Shown: in pieces, positions 18,205 through 28,176 of the stretch
Numbering within the stretch: the first letter of the stretch is position 1
How the letters are laid out: each line of letters starts with the position of its first letter
Assembly: GCA_964513055.1 (NCBI GenBank)
Contig: CAZENI010000003.1
Span: 1 to 51,837, forward strand
Source of the DNA: an uncultured Opitutus sp.
Lineage (GTDB): Bacteria > Verrucomicrobiota > Verrucomicrobiia > Opitutales > Opitutaceae
DNA: 51,837 bases
Direction of reading: 5' to 3'
The notes under the pieces: model-generated
Seen by the model: the letters and a program-made list of their open reading frames with translations, nothing else
Told to the model about the DNA's origin: nothing
Databases searched by the model: none
Program-made: the position numbers and the translations under genes

Positions 18205-18354
18205 GCCGGTGCGCGCGCGCCCGCGGACGGAAGCGGACAAACGCAAACGCGATCGAGACGGTGGCCGGCCGAGGGGACATGCGGGACCCGAGGTTGCGCG
18301 TCGGAACCGCCGCGGCCACGAGATTCTTTCCCGCGCGCGGCGGGACACGCCGCC

Positions 18355-18894
18355 TCACACCGCGCTCGCGCAATCTGCTTTCACCGGCTCGGGGCTCGCC
18401 ACCACCGCCACCACCGGAGCGCGAACCGCCCGAGTCCGATCGGGCTGCTGCAGCAGGCGCTCGACCACGCCGGCCGCAACCGGCCCGAAGTAGGCACCGC
18501 CAGCCGCCACCACGCGCAGCGCCTGGATGAGTTCGCTCAGGTTGGCGGTCTTCTCGACATAGCCCCGCGCTCCGCTGGTGAGCGCCTCGCGGATCGGTTC
18601 GTCGCCCACGCCGGCGGAAAGCACGAGGACGTGGGACTTGATGCGATGAGACCGCAATCCGCTCAGGAACGCCGCGCCGCCACCGCCGGGAAAAAGCCAG
18701 TCGAGGATCACGACGTCCGGAACCACCTTCCGCGCGATCCGCAGCGCCTCGTCGACGTCACCGGCCCCGGCGACGACCTCGAACTCGGGCATCGAGCCCA
18801 CGACCTCCGCGAGCATTTCGCGAATCGAGGCATGGTCCTCGACGATCAAGACGCGCGTGCGACTGGCGGCCGCAGGGTTTCCGGAAGATTTCAT
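18355..18894 (-). CDS. NarL-type response regulator receiver domain without HTH
   Basis: VLIVEDH, VILDW (phospho-Asp), VLSA, GYVEK, AGGAYF linker, then a stop with no LuxR HTH. Confidence 0.82.
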   Translation of the reverse strand: MKSSGNPAAASRTRVLIVEDHASIREMLAEVVGSMPEFEVVAGAGDVDEALRIARKVVPDVVILDWLFPGGGGAAFLSGLRSHRIKSHVLVLSAGVGDEPIREALTSGARGYVEKTANLSELIQALRVVAAGGAYFGPVAAGVVERLLQQPDRTRAVRAPVVAVVASPEPVKADCASAV

Positions 18895-19073
18895 CTCCGG
18901 AGCATAGACGGAAAAAGCGCCGGTGTTAATGGGTAGTTCCGTGCCGCATCGGCGCCGCGCGCTAAGTAGTGTTGCTGAGCGCCGGGCGGGCGGACGCGGC
19001 TTCCCATGGTATCGACCGCAGCGCGGCCAGTCGCGAACGCCCCGCGGTTGTGCGTATTCCGCCCGACAGATCC

Positions 19074-20723
19074 CTAGCGCGCCGCGTTCTTCACCCAGCG
19101 CAGCAGGCGCTCATAGGCGTCGCGCCGCGCCCCACCCGCCGCCGTCGCCTGCTCCGTCTCCGCGAGCTGGCGGGCCTCGTCGTGACGCCCCTCTTTCACG
19201 AGCGCTTCCACGCGCGCGCGCACGTGGTCGAAGGCGAAGTCATGCAAAATCTCCTGCGACTGTCGGCGCACGTTGTCCGCCGTGTCGCTCGCGCCGACCA
19301 GATGCCGCAAATCCGCCACACATTCGTCGCCCTTGCGGAGCCGACTGAACAGCAGCGCCCGGTAGAAACGCGTGCGCCCGCCCACGTCGGACGGCCCCAC
19401 CCCCGCACTGAGTTCCTGCACGTGTTCCTCGCCGATTTCCGGTCGCAGGTAGAACGCCCGCCCGAGCAGGCGATAGGCGTCCGGAAGACCCGGGCTGAGT
19501 TGCAACGCCTGCCGGATTTCCACCAGGGCGGAGTCCGCCACGGTGGTGCCGCCGCCCGCCTCGTCCACGCCCCGGGCGCTGGCCTGGTCGAGCCAGTGGC
19601 TCGCCGAGACGAGGTAGGCGTGGGCCGAGCGCGACCCGAGCGCGATCGCTTCGCGATACAGCTCCACCGCGCGGTCGCTGTCGCGCTGCCGCGCCGCGAC
19701 GCGGGCGAGCGCCTCTTTCACCGCCGCGGAGGCCGGCGCCGCCGCCTGCACCTGCGCGAGTTCGTGTTCCGCCTCGAGGTTTTTCCCCGCGGCAAACAGG
19801 AGGTTGGAAAATTGCACCCTGACCTCCGTCGGGACCGCCGGCCCCACTTCCAGCCGGGCCCGCATCGCCGCTTCGTCGAAGGGCAGCTCCAGCAGGCGCC
19901 GCCGCCCGCCGATATGTTTCCCAAGCAGCGCCGACCACTGATCGGCCCCCACGCCGAGCACCGATTCGACCGCCGCCAAATCAGGCCCGGCGCGCACCGC
20001 GGCCGCGAGCTGCCGGAAACGCTCCCGGCCGTCGCCCTCCGCCAGCCAGATGCGGTGCAGGAGCGCCCACGCCTGCGAATGATAGATGTGGCTTCGCTCG
20101 ATGTCTCGATATTCTGGAGACGCCGTGTGCACCTCGAAGAACCGCGGCCACGGCACCGGCCGGCCGATCCAGCTGTCCGCCGCCCCCGACGGCAACGCTC
20201 CGATGGAGGTGATCCCCTTGCGGGTCGTGAGGGTCGAGAAGACCTTGCCCGTGCCCTGCGCGGCCCAGACCGGCACGAAGTAGCCCAGTTGCCGCAGCAC
20301 CGTCACAGTCTCAAACTCAAAGGCCATGCGCAGCGTCTCATCGCGATCCCCGCCGGCCAGCACCTGCCCGATCAACACGGCGCCATCGACTTCCGTGGTC
20401 AGGGAAACCTGGTTGTAGTGGGCGGACTTCAGCGTGCCAAAGCGCCGCTCGAACTCCCGGCCGCTGCGAAACAGCAGGATCGTCGACGGCGCGAGCCGCT
20501 GGCCCGGACGCACCAGCATCTCGGCCAGCGCCGCGCGGAAAGCCGCATAGCGCACCGCAAACTCCACGGCATCCTTCCGCGACGCGTCGCTGAGCACCGT
20601 GACGTCCGGCGCCTGCACGCGAATCCAGTTTGCCCCGGGCTCGGCCGCGCGGCCCGGCGCCGGCATCAACGCCAAGCCCAGCAGCAGTCGAAGCAAGTTC
20701 CGTGGGAGAAAACGCAGTTGCAC
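19074..20723 (-). CDS. Secreted DUF1570/peptidase-MA-like + TPR protein (metal ligands degenerate)
   Basis: Probable GTG start 20723, signal peptide; WIRVQAPDVTVLSDAS, PVWAAQG...FSTL, YHSQAWALLH; TPR-like helices in the C-terminal half. Confidence 0.68.
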   Translation of the reverse strand: MQLRFLPRNLLRLLLGLALMPAPGRAAEPGANWIRVQAPDVTVLSDASRKDAVEFAVRYAAFRAALAEMLVRPGQRLAPSTILLFRSGREFERRFGTLKSAHYNQVSLTTEVDGAVLIGQVLAGGDRDETLRMAFEFETVTVLRQLGYFVPVWAAQGTGKVFSTLTTRKGITSIGALPSGAADSWIGRPVPWPRFFEVHTASPEYRDIERSHIYHSQAWALLHRIWLAEGDGRERFRQLAAAVRAGPDLAAVESVLGVGADQWSALLGKHIGGRRRLLELPFDEAAMRARLEVGPAVPTEVRVQFSNLLFAAGKNLEAEHELAQVQAAAPASAAVKEALARVAARQRDSDRAVELYREAIALGSRSAHAYLVSASHWLDQASARGVDEAGGGTTVADSALVEIRQALQLSPGLPDAYRLLGRAFYLRPEIGEEHVQELSAGVGPSDVGGRTRFYRALLFSRLRKGDECVADLRHLVGASDTADNVRRQSQEILHDFAFDHVRARVEALVKEGRHDEARQLAETEQATAAGGARRDAYERLLRWVKNAAR

Positions 20724-20734
20724 CGGGACGCCTT

Positions 20735-21919
20735 TCAATACGGCACGGCGACGAAACGCACGGGAAAAGCCGAGGCCGAGGTCGGCATGAACTGCGCCCA
20801 CACCGTCGTGCCGGCCCCGGGGCTGTATTTGCCCGCGACTGCAGCCTTCGTGTTGTCCGAGAGCATCACCGTGCTGTCCGGGATCAGGAATTTCCCGCCG
20901 GCGAGCAATCCCGGCGGCAGCCAGATCGCCCCGCCCCACGCGCCGGCCCGCGGGTTGATCAGCAACCCGACGTTGCGGCCGTCGCTGCTCGCGGTCGCGA
21001 GGTGCAGGCGGTAGAGCACGCCGTAGTTGCCGACGTTCGTCTCCGCCGTGGGCACGGCGACGGCGTAGTCATAGCCCGTCACGAACACGTCGGAGTTTCC
21101 CCCGAGCGGGAACTGCTGGATGCCGGCCGCCGTGTCGACCACCACGCCCGCCGCCGTGTCGTAGGTCTTGTCGCTGTAGATGAACGTGCCGCGCTTGTGC
21201 GTGTCGCGTGCGAGAACGGCCAGCGTCGGCCCGACGGTCAGCGGATTGTCGGCGGAGTTCAGCGCGCAGACCATCACCGTGTGATCCTGCGTGAACGTGT
21301 AATCCCAGATGCCATGCAGCACGTAGCCCTTGGCGACATCGAGCGTGTCGAACGCCGTATCCAGCCGGACGGTCTGCCCGGCGGCGACCGTGACGCCCGA
21401 GGCGGCGGTGGAGTCGAGCCAGCGTTTGAACGCCAGTTTCCCGACGTAGCCGTAGGCCGCGCTCGGGCCGGCGACGCCGGACTTCTGGATCGTGAGCGTG
21501 CCGGAGCTCGCGCTGTTGTTCTTCAGCAACACGGTGAACCGCAGGTAACCCGACGGCTTCTGGTTGCAGTGGTAGACAAACAGCCGGTTGGGCGTCGCGC
21601 CGGTGGCATCGAGGCCGGCGTCCTTGTAGAGCATGCCGCGCACCGTGGGACTCTCCGGCGAATCCGAGAGGATGAGCGAGCCGCCGCCCCACGTGGCGGC
21701 CATCGCGATCTCGGGGGCCGTGACGGGATTCACGCCGGCGAGGCTGATGACGGCGGCCTGGGCGGCGCCGGCCAGATCGCTGGCGAGCTGCGGTGGCGTG
21801 GCCACGGCGCCAAAGGCGGAAGCGGAGGCAAACGCGAACGCGGACGCGAGGAACGCGGCGCGGAATTTCAGGACCGGAGGAAGACCGCGGGAGCAAGCGC
21901 GGCGGAGACGTGTTTTCAT
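20735..21919 (-). CDS. Secreted hypothetical protein (family resembling the domain in proteins often annotated 'copper amine oxidase')
   Basis: Signal peptide; GGSLILSDSPE..RGMLYKD, RLFVYHCN, HKRGTF, NVGNYGVLY, INPRAGAWGG motifs. Start uncertain. Confidence 0.6.
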   Translation of the reverse strand: MKTRLRRACSRGLPPVLKFRAAFLASAFAFASASAFGAVATPPQLASDLAGAAQAAVISLAGVNPVTAPEIAMAATWGGGSLILSDSPESPTVRGMLYKDAGLDATGATPNRLFVYHCNQKPSGYLRFTVLLKNNSASSGTLTIQKSGVAGPSAAYGYVGKLAFKRWLDSTAASGVTVAAGQTVRLDTAFDTLDVAKGYVLHGIWDYTFTQDHTVMVCALNSADNPLTVGPTLAVLARDTHKRGTFIYSDKTYDTAAGVVVDTAAGIQQFPLGGNSDVFVTGYDYAVAVPTAETNVGNYGVLYRLHLATASSDGRNVGLLINPRAGAWGGAIWLPPGLLAGGKFLIPDSTVMLSDNTKAAVAGKYSPGAGTTVWAQFMPTSASAFPVRFVAVPY

Positions 21920-22036
21920 TCTCCGCCAGCCTGAAGCCGACTGCCGCCGCCCCACAATTCGACCGTCTACCGGAAATCCGGTAGGCGGCGCGGCGCCGCC
22001 GTCACCCGCGCGCCGCGGAGGAACGGCGCGCGCGGA

Positions 22037-23728
22037 TCACTTTCCCGGCGTGCCCCAGACCGGCTTCCAGGAGCCGAGCGGCAGGACGTCGGCGCGCCGC
22101 GCCCACGCGTCCCACGCCGCGGCCAGTTCACGGACACGCTCCGGCTGCTGCGCCGCGAGGTCGTGCATTTCCGTGCGATCGGCCACGAGGTCGTAGAGTT
22201 CCCAGGGCTTGTCCTCCATCGCGACGAGTTTCCAGCGTCCGTCGCGCACCGCGCGGTTGCTCTCGTGCTCCCAGAACAGCGGCTGCTTCCGCGCGAGCGG
22301 ACGGCCGGCAAACGCGGGCGCCAGGGAGACACCCTCCAGCGGCTTGATCTTCTCGCCGTTGAACTCCGCGGGATAGGTCGCGCCGGCGAGGTCCACGCAG
22401 GTCGCCATGATGTCGATGAGGTGGCCGGGCTGCGCTTCAAGCCGGCCGCGCCGCGCCGCGCCGATGCCGGCGGGCCAGTGCGCGATCAGCGGCGTCGAGA
22501 TGCCGCCCTCGTGCACCCAGTGCTTGTATTCGCGAAACGGCGTGTTGGCCACGTTGGCCCACGCCTCGCCGTAGCCGACATACGAGTCGGCCGGCCCGGC
22601 CATCACGTCGGTCCCGCTCTTCACCCAGCGCCCGTCGCGCGTCTGCATCGGCGGGCTGTTCCGGGTCTGCAATTCGTCGGGCCGCAGCGGACGCAGGGCC
22701 TTCGGTGCGGGCGCCTTCACCGGCTGGCGGCCGTTGCGCTCGGCGCAGGCGCCGTTGTCGTGCAGGAAAAGCACGAGCGTGTTGTCGAGCCGCCCGTCCT
22801 GCCGGAGCTGCGCGATGATGCGGCCGATGCCCTGGTCCAGGTTGTCGATCATCGCGGCATAGGTCTCCATAGTGCGCGCCTCCCACGCCTTGTTCTCCAC
22901 CGCGTCCCATTTTCCGATGGTGGGTGCGGCCGTCCACGCGGCGTCCATCAGGCCGAGCTGCTTCAGCCGCGCGACGCGCGCCTGCCGGATCGCGTCGTAA
23001 CCGGCGTCATACTTTCCCCGATACTTCGCGATGTCGCGCTCCGGCGCCTGGAGCGGCCAGTGCGCCGCAGTGTAGGCCACGTAGAGGAAGAACGGCTGCT
23101 GCGCGTCCGTGTTCTCGCGCAGGAAGGCGACCGCGTTGTCGCTGATCGCATCCGTGTAGTAATACTCCTTCGGGCGATACCCGGGATCGTTCTCCGGCGT
23201 GATGAACGTGTTCTGCCGCGTGAGCGTTTCCGGATCCCAGAAGCTCCCGAAGCCGCGGATCGTGCCGTAGAAACGGTCGAAGCCGCGCGCGAGCGGCCAG
23301 TTCGTGACGTCGCGCATCGTGTGCGACCGCGCCACATGCCACTTGCCCGCCATCGCGGTGCGATAGCCGCCGGCGCGCAGCACCTCCGCGATCGTCACCG
23401 CCTGCCGGCTCAGGTCGCCGCGGTAGCCAGGCGCCTCCACCTGGCGCACCATGAAGCCCATGCCGGCCTGGTGCGGATAAAGCCCGGTCAGCAGCGAGGC
23501 GCGCGTGGGGCAGCAGCGCGCGCCGTTGTAGAACTGGGTGAAGCGCAGCCCGCCCGCGGCGAGCGCATCGAGGTTGGGCGTGGCAATCTCCCCGCCGAAG
23601 CATCCGAGATCCGAATACCCTATGTCGTCGGACAGGATCAGCACGATGTTCGGCCTGGCCGCCGCCGCGGCCGACCATGTGGCGCCACCGAGCAGGGCGA
23701 GCAGGAGCAAGAGACGGGAAAGTTTCAT
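22037..23728 (-). CDS. Arylsulfatase (formylglycine-dependent S1 sulfatase)
   Basis: RPNIVLILSDDIG, CCPTRASLLTG, GKWH, HDNG, KHWVHEGGISTP. Confidence 0.95.
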   Translation of the reverse strand: MKLSRLLLLLALLGGATWSAAAAARPNIVLILSDDIGYSDLGCFGGEIATPNLDALAAGGLRFTQFYNGARCCPTRASLLTGLYPHQAGMGFMVRQVEAPGYRGDLSRQAVTIAEVLRAGGYRTAMAGKWHVARSHTMRDVTNWPLARGFDRFYGTIRGFGSFWDPETLTRQNTFITPENDPGYRPKEYYYTDAISDNAVAFLRENTDAQQPFFLYVAYTAAHWPLQAPERDIAKYRGKYDAGYDAIRQARVARLKQLGLMDAAWTAAPTIGKWDAVENKAWEARTMETYAAMIDNLDQGIGRIIAQLRQDGRLDNTLVLFLHDNGACAERNGRQPVKAPAPKALRPLRPDELQTRNSPPMQTRDGRWVKSGTDVMAGPADSYVGYGEAWANVANTPFREYKHWVHEGGISTPLIAHWPAGIGAARRGRLEAQPGHLIDIMATCVDLAGATYPAEFNGEKIKPLEGVSLAPAFAGRPLARKQPLFWEHESNRAVRDGRWKLVAMEDKPWELYDLVADRTEMHDLAAQQPERVRELAAAWDAWARRADVLPLGSWKPVWGTPGK

Positions 23729-23793
23729 GGGGTTCCGCCTGCTGTCGTCGCAGCGCCCCGGCCCGCCCGCAAGCCCGGGCTGCGGCCGGTGGT

Positions 23794-23912
23794 AATTCAG
23801 AAGCCAGGAAGCGGAGATTCGGAAGGCCGGGCCGTTCGATTCCTGGCTTCCTGGCTTCTGAATTCCCCCTCTTCCGAATTCCCGCTTCCGTTTCCTGGCC
23901 TCCTGGTTTCCT
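23794..23912. repeat. Complex inverted-repeat element built from TTCCTGG(C/T) units
   Basis: Perfect 19-bp IR 23794-23812 / 23846-23864; overlapping near-perfect IR 23807-23825 / 23871-23889; further TCCTGG units to about 23910. Confidence 0.75.
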
Positions 23913-23929
23913 ACTCCCTTCGCGTCGAC

Positions 23930-25288
23930 CTAAGCCGCCGGGGCCGGCGCCGAAGCCGCCTTCAGCCGGCTGCGCACGAACGCCACGTGGCCCTGCAGCG
24001 CGTAGAACTGATACGCAAACGAGGCCGGCACCTTCAGGTGGTTCACCTCGTGCTCGATCTCGCCGAGGCGTTCGAGCAGTTCCTGCGCGCGCTCGCGGGT
24101 GAGCGATTCCTGCGCGTCGGCCTCGAGCCGCAGCAGCGGGCGGTAGCAGCGATAGATGCGGAGCTGCACGCTCCAGCGATACGCGATCGGCAGGAACCGG
24201 ATCGCCGGGATCAGCACCAGCAGCAGCGGCACGATCGCGACGAGGCTCCGGTTGACCAGGCTCGCGAGCCAGAACGAGCGGATGATCTTATACGTGAAAC
24301 CCAGCCCCGACTTGTAGAAACGGAGCGCGTCCTCGCTGAGTGGAATCTTGCGCTCGATCGGCGCGGGAAACTCGCGCGTTTTCTGCAGGATGGACGACTT
24401 CCCATGCACCGCCTGCGCCGCATCGAGCAGCATGTCCGAGATCGCCGAGTTCAGTCCCCGCCGCGCGATCAATTCCACCGGCGGCCCGATCAGCGTGACC
24501 TCCTGCGCCGGCAGGTTCTTGCCGAAATCGAACGCGCCCTGCGGCAGCACGATCTTGTTGAGGTAGTCGTTGCGCCGCACGTAGGCGTCGGCCTGGGTGA
24601 AGTGAAAGAGCTGCACCTCCGGCGCGCGGATCATCGTGCGCAGCGTCTGCAGCGGCGCCGAGTCGCCCATCAGGAACACCGCGTCGAGCCGGCCCTCGAG
24701 CAGATCCTTCGCGGCCTCCTCCGCCGGCCGCTCCACGAACTGGGTCGGTTCGCCCGTGATGCCGTTCGCCCCCAGCAGCGTGATCGCGAGCGCGTGCGTC
24801 CCGCTGCCGGGCGCGCCGACGCCCACGCGTTTGCCCGCCAGTTCCGAGAGCAGCGTCAAGCGCACCGGGCTGCGATAAAACACCCACAGCGGCTGGTTGG
24901 CCACGCTGCCGAGCGACATCAGGTTCGACGACTCCTTCTCTCCGCCCACGCCCGCCTGCACAAAGCCGATGTCGACGCCGGAGTCGGGTGACTGCAGCCG
25001 CTTCAAATTGTCGAGCGAGCCGCCGGACGGGATGATCTTCAGCGTCACGCCGCTCTCCGCGAGCTTCGCCTGGTAGGCCTCGGCGTTGCGCTGGAACGAG
25101 CTGCCCGGCGGGCCGCTGGTCAGCGTGATCGTGCGCGGCGGCGCGGAAAGCCAGATCCAGACCAGCGCGGCTCCGCCAAGGAAAACGAGGAACAACGCCA
25201 CAAGCGAAGCCAGCAGCGGACTGAACCCAAACGTCTCGATCAGGGCGGAGACGAGCCGGGGGCGGGATTTGTCGGACGAAGGTTGCAT
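23930..25288 (-). CDS. TAXI-family TRAP solute-binding protein with N- and C-terminal TM segments
   Basis: ATG 25288; TM helix then PPRTITLTSGPPGSSF, SGGSLDNL, DIGFVQAG, QPLWVFYR, GKRVGVGAPGSGT, FPAP, PASFAYQFYALQGHV. Confidence 0.9.
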   Translation of the reverse strand: MQPSSDKSRPRLVSALIETFGFSPLLASLVALFLVFLGGAALVWIWLSAPPRTITLTSGPPGSSFQRNAEAYQAKLAESGVTLKIIPSGGSLDNLKRLQSPDSGVDIGFVQAGVGGEKESSNLMSLGSVANQPLWVFYRSPVRLTLLSELAGKRVGVGAPGSGTHALAITLLGANGITGEPTQFVERPAEEAAKDLLEGRLDAVFLMGDSAPLQTLRTMIRAPEVQLFHFTQADAYVRRNDYLNKIVLPQGAFDFGKNLPAQEVTLIGPPVELIARRGLNSAISDMLLDAAQAVHGKSSILQKTREFPAPIERKIPLSEDALRFYKSGLGFTYKIIRSFWLASLVNRSLVAIVPLLLVLIPAIRFLPIAYRWSVQLRIYRCYRPLLRLEADAQESLTRERAQELLERLGEIEHEVNHLKVPASFAYQFYALQGHVAFVRSRLKAASAPAPAA

Positions 25289-25433
25289 GGCGTCGCCGCA
25301 AGCAGAGACGCGGAACGCCGGCGTGGCAATCGGGCACACGCCCGGGCAGCGGATCTGTTCAGCGGCACCACCCGCGCGCAAAAATGCAGGTCGAGTTCCG
25401 CGCGGGAATCTGGCGGGGTGAACTCCGTCCGCC

Positions 25434-26600
25434 GTGTCCCTCCCCCGCGCCTCCCTCTGTCTGCTCGCCCTCATCTACCTCGGCTTCATCAGCCTCGGGC
25501 TGCCGGATGGCTCGCTCGGCGTGGCCTGGCCCGCCGTCTACCCGGAGCTCGGCCTCGCCGTCGGACTCGCCGGGACGATCACGTTCGTGGTGGCGATGCT
25601 GTCTGGGGCCTCGGGCTTCGCCAGCGGCCACATCATCGGGCGCTTCGGCACCGGCCCGGTTGTGATCGCGAGTTGCGCGCTCACCGGCTCCGCGCTCGTC
25701 GCCGTCGGCCGCGCCGACGGGTTCGCGTGGCTGATCGCCGCCGCGATTCCGCTGGGCCTCGGCGCCGGCGCCGTCGACGCCGGCCTCAACAGCTACGTGG
25801 CGAAACACTACAGCGGCCGGCACATGAACTGGCTGCACGCGTGCTGGGGCATCGGTGCCGCGGCCGGACCGCTCGCGCTGGCCCAGGCCCTGCGCTCGGG
25901 CGGGAGCTGGCGCTCGGGCTACCTCTGGCTCGGCGGCGTCCAGCTCACGCTCGCGCTCCTGTTCCTGTTCACCCTGCGCCTCTGGACCACGGTGCCGCCG
26001 CGCCCGCCCGATCACGCCGCGGACGTCGCGAACCGGACGCCCACGCTCGGCGCCGCGTCGCCGGCGGGCTGGCTCGCCCCGGCGATCTTCGCGCTCTACG
26101 CGGCGGTGGAGCTCACCGCCGGGCTGTGGGCCGGGACCATTCTCGTCGCAAGCCGCGGCCTCGCGCCGGAGGCGGCGGCGCTGATCACGGCCGCCTACTA
26201 CGCCGCGATCACGGCGGGCCGCTTCGGCGTGGGCTTCGTGGTCGAGCGCTGGGGCAACCGCCGCCTCGTCGCCCTCGGGACCGCGCTCGCGCTGGCGGGC
26301 GCGCTGCTGTTCGCGGGCACGACGTCACCCGCGGCGGCCGTGGTCGCGCTCGCCCTGCTCGGGCTGGGGCTCGCCCCGGTGTATCCATGTCTCATGCACG
26401 AGGTGCCGCGCCGCTTCGCGCCCGCGGCCGTGCCCGTCGTGATCGGCCGGCAGTCGGGCGCCGCCTGCCTCGGCGCGGCCGTGCTGCCCGCCGCAGCCGG
26501 CACGCTCGCCCAGCACCACCTCGCCGCCGTGCCGTGGGTCCTCGCCGCCGGCCTCGTCGCCTTGATCGCGGCCGTCCGGCGGCTGGACCGGTGGACGTAG
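25434..26600 (+). CDS. MFS transporter (fucose-permease-like)
   Basis: GTG start; FISLGLPDGSLGVAWP, GLGAGAVDAGLN.YVA.HY...HMNWLHACWGIGA; about 12 hydrophobic segments. Confidence 0.92.
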   Translation: MSLPRASLCLLALIYLGFISLGLPDGSLGVAWPAVYPELGLAVGLAGTITFVVAMLSGASGFASGHIIGRFGTGPVVIASCALTGSALVAVGRADGFAWLIAAAIPLGLGAGAVDAGLNSYVAKHYSGRHMNWLHACWGIGAAAGPLALAQALRSGGSWRSGYLWLGGVQLTLALLFLFTLRLWTTVPPRPPDHAADVANRTPTLGAASPAGWLAPAIFALYAAVELTAGLWAGTILVASRGLAPEAAALITAAYYAAITAGRFGVGFVVERWGNRRLVALGTALALAGALLFAGTTSPAAAVVALALLGLGLAPVYPCLMHEVPRRFAPAAVPVVIGRQSGAACLGAAVLPAAAGTLAQHHLAAVPWVLAAGLVALIAAVRRLDRWT

Positions 26601-26612
26601 GCCGACGCCGCG

Positions 26613-28112
26613 TCAGCGATAGTCCGCTCCCGTCAGGCTCTCGAGCACGGAACGCTGCCAGGCCAGCAATTGCTGCTCGAGCTGCTTCGCCTCAGCGGCG
26701 TGGGCGGCGATCACGTTCTTCTTTTCGGCGGGATCGTCGCGCAGATCGAAGAGCTCCCGGCCCGTCCCGCGCGCGCCGTCGACCACCAGCTTGAACCGAT
26801 TGTCCACGATCGCGGCCGGCCCGACGAGGTCCTCTTCGCGCACCGCCGGATAGACGAAATTCTGGAAATTGCGCGTGGGCGTGCCGTCCGGGCCGAGCTT
26901 GGCGAGCGGCGTCGTGCCCTTCTGGAGTTCGGAATCGAGGTAGGGTTTCGCGTCGAGCCCGCGGCCCGGCACATGATCCCAAAACGCGATCGGCCGTGGC
27001 CGCGCGGTCATCCGGCCTTCGATCAGGGGCACGAGGCTGAGGCCGTCGAGCGGGCGCTGCGGCAGCGGCCGGGCGGCGAGCTCGCAGAGCGTCGGCAGCA
27101 TGTCGGTCGTCACCGCGTTCACGGCGCTCGCCCGCGGACGCGTGATCTTCGCCGGCCACTCGATCACGCCCGGCACCCGGATGCCGCCCTCGTAGACGCT
27201 GCCCTTGTGGCCGCGAAACGGCACGGTCGCGACGGCCTCTTGCGGCGTGCCGTTGTCCCCGCAATACCAGAGCAGCGTGTCGGGCCGCAGACCCGCACCG
27301 CCGAGGTGCGTGCGGAGCTGGCCGATCGCGCGATCCATCGCGGTGATTTCGGCGAACCGCTCGCGCAGCACTTCGCGCTGCAGGCGCTGGGTGTTGCGAC
27401 CCGTTTCGTTGGAAGTGAGCCGCACCTGCTTTGTGGCGAACGTCGCCGGCAGATGGTCGTAGAGTGCGAGGTCGTGGGGCAGCGCCTGATACGGCTCGTG
27501 CGGCGACCCGAACCAGATCACGACGAAGAACGGTCGCCCCGCCTGCCGCGCGCGCTCGATGAACTTGATCGCTTCCGCCACCACGATCGCGGAGCTCTCG
27601 CCCTTAATCGGCTCGGGCGGGCCGCCGTTGCGCGAGAAGTGCGGATCCAGTTCGAAGAAGTTGTCGTGCGACACCCACTCGTCGAAGCCCATCGCGCCCG
27701 GGTTGGTGGGCGACGCCGCCTTGACGGGGCCGAGGTGCCATTTCCCGAAATGCCCGGTCGCGTAGCCCGCTTCGCGCAGCAGCCGCGCCACGGTGATCTC
27801 CTCCGGCCGCAGCGAACGGCCCGGCGTGAACGTCCCGTAGCGGTGATGATGCCGCCCCGTCATGACCGTGCCGCGGGTCGGTGAGCAGCTCGACCCTCCC
27901 GAGTAGAACCGGTCCAGCCGCAGCCCCGTCGTCGCCATCTCATCGAGCACGGGCGTCTTCAGATACGGATGCCCGTTGTAGCCGGTCTCGTCCCAGCCGT
28001 GGTCATCGCCCATCAGCAGGACGATGTTGGGGCGATCGGCCGCCGCGCCGGCCGACGCCGCACAGGTCGCGAGGAAAAGCAGCGCCAGGCCGCGAAGAAA
28101 GGGGGTGTGCAT
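26613..28112 (-). CDS. Sulfatase (S1 family, N-acetylgalactosamine-6-sulfatase-like)
   Basis: ATG 28112; RPNIVLLMGDDHGW, CSPTRGTVMTG, GKWH, GDNG, KGSVYEGGIRVP. Confidence 0.94.
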   Translation of the reverse strand: MHTPFLRGLALLFLATCAASAGAAADRPNIVLLMGDDHGWDETGYNGHPYLKTPVLDEMATTGLRLDRFYSGGSSCSPTRGTVMTGRHHHRYGTFTPGRSLRPEEITVARLLREAGYATGHFGKWHLGPVKAASPTNPGAMGFDEWVSHDNFFELDPHFSRNGGPPEPIKGESSAIVVAEAIKFIERARQAGRPFFVVIWFGSPHEPYQALPHDLALYDHLPATFATKQVRLTSNETGRNTQRLQREVLRERFAEITAMDRAIGQLRTHLGGAGLRPDTLLWYCGDNGTPQEAVATVPFRGHKGSVYEGGIRVPGVIEWPAKITRPRASAVNAVTTDMLPTLCELAARPLPQRPLDGLSLVPLIEGRMTARPRPIAFWDHVPGRGLDAKPYLDSELQKGTTPLAKLGPDGTPTRNFQNFVYPAVREEDLVGPAAIVDNRFKLVVDGARGTGRELFDLRDDPAEKKNVIAAHAAEAKQLEQQLLAWQRSVLESLTGADYR

Positions 28113-28176
28113 CGCACCGCCAGATGAAGCGGCCGGCGGCGCCCCGCGCGATGTCAAAATCGTCCCGCGCCAGCCC

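Noticed and set aside
23794-23912. Possible mini-CRISPR
   Set aside because: The units are short and largely inverted, there are no unique spacers of constant length, and no cas genes are present.
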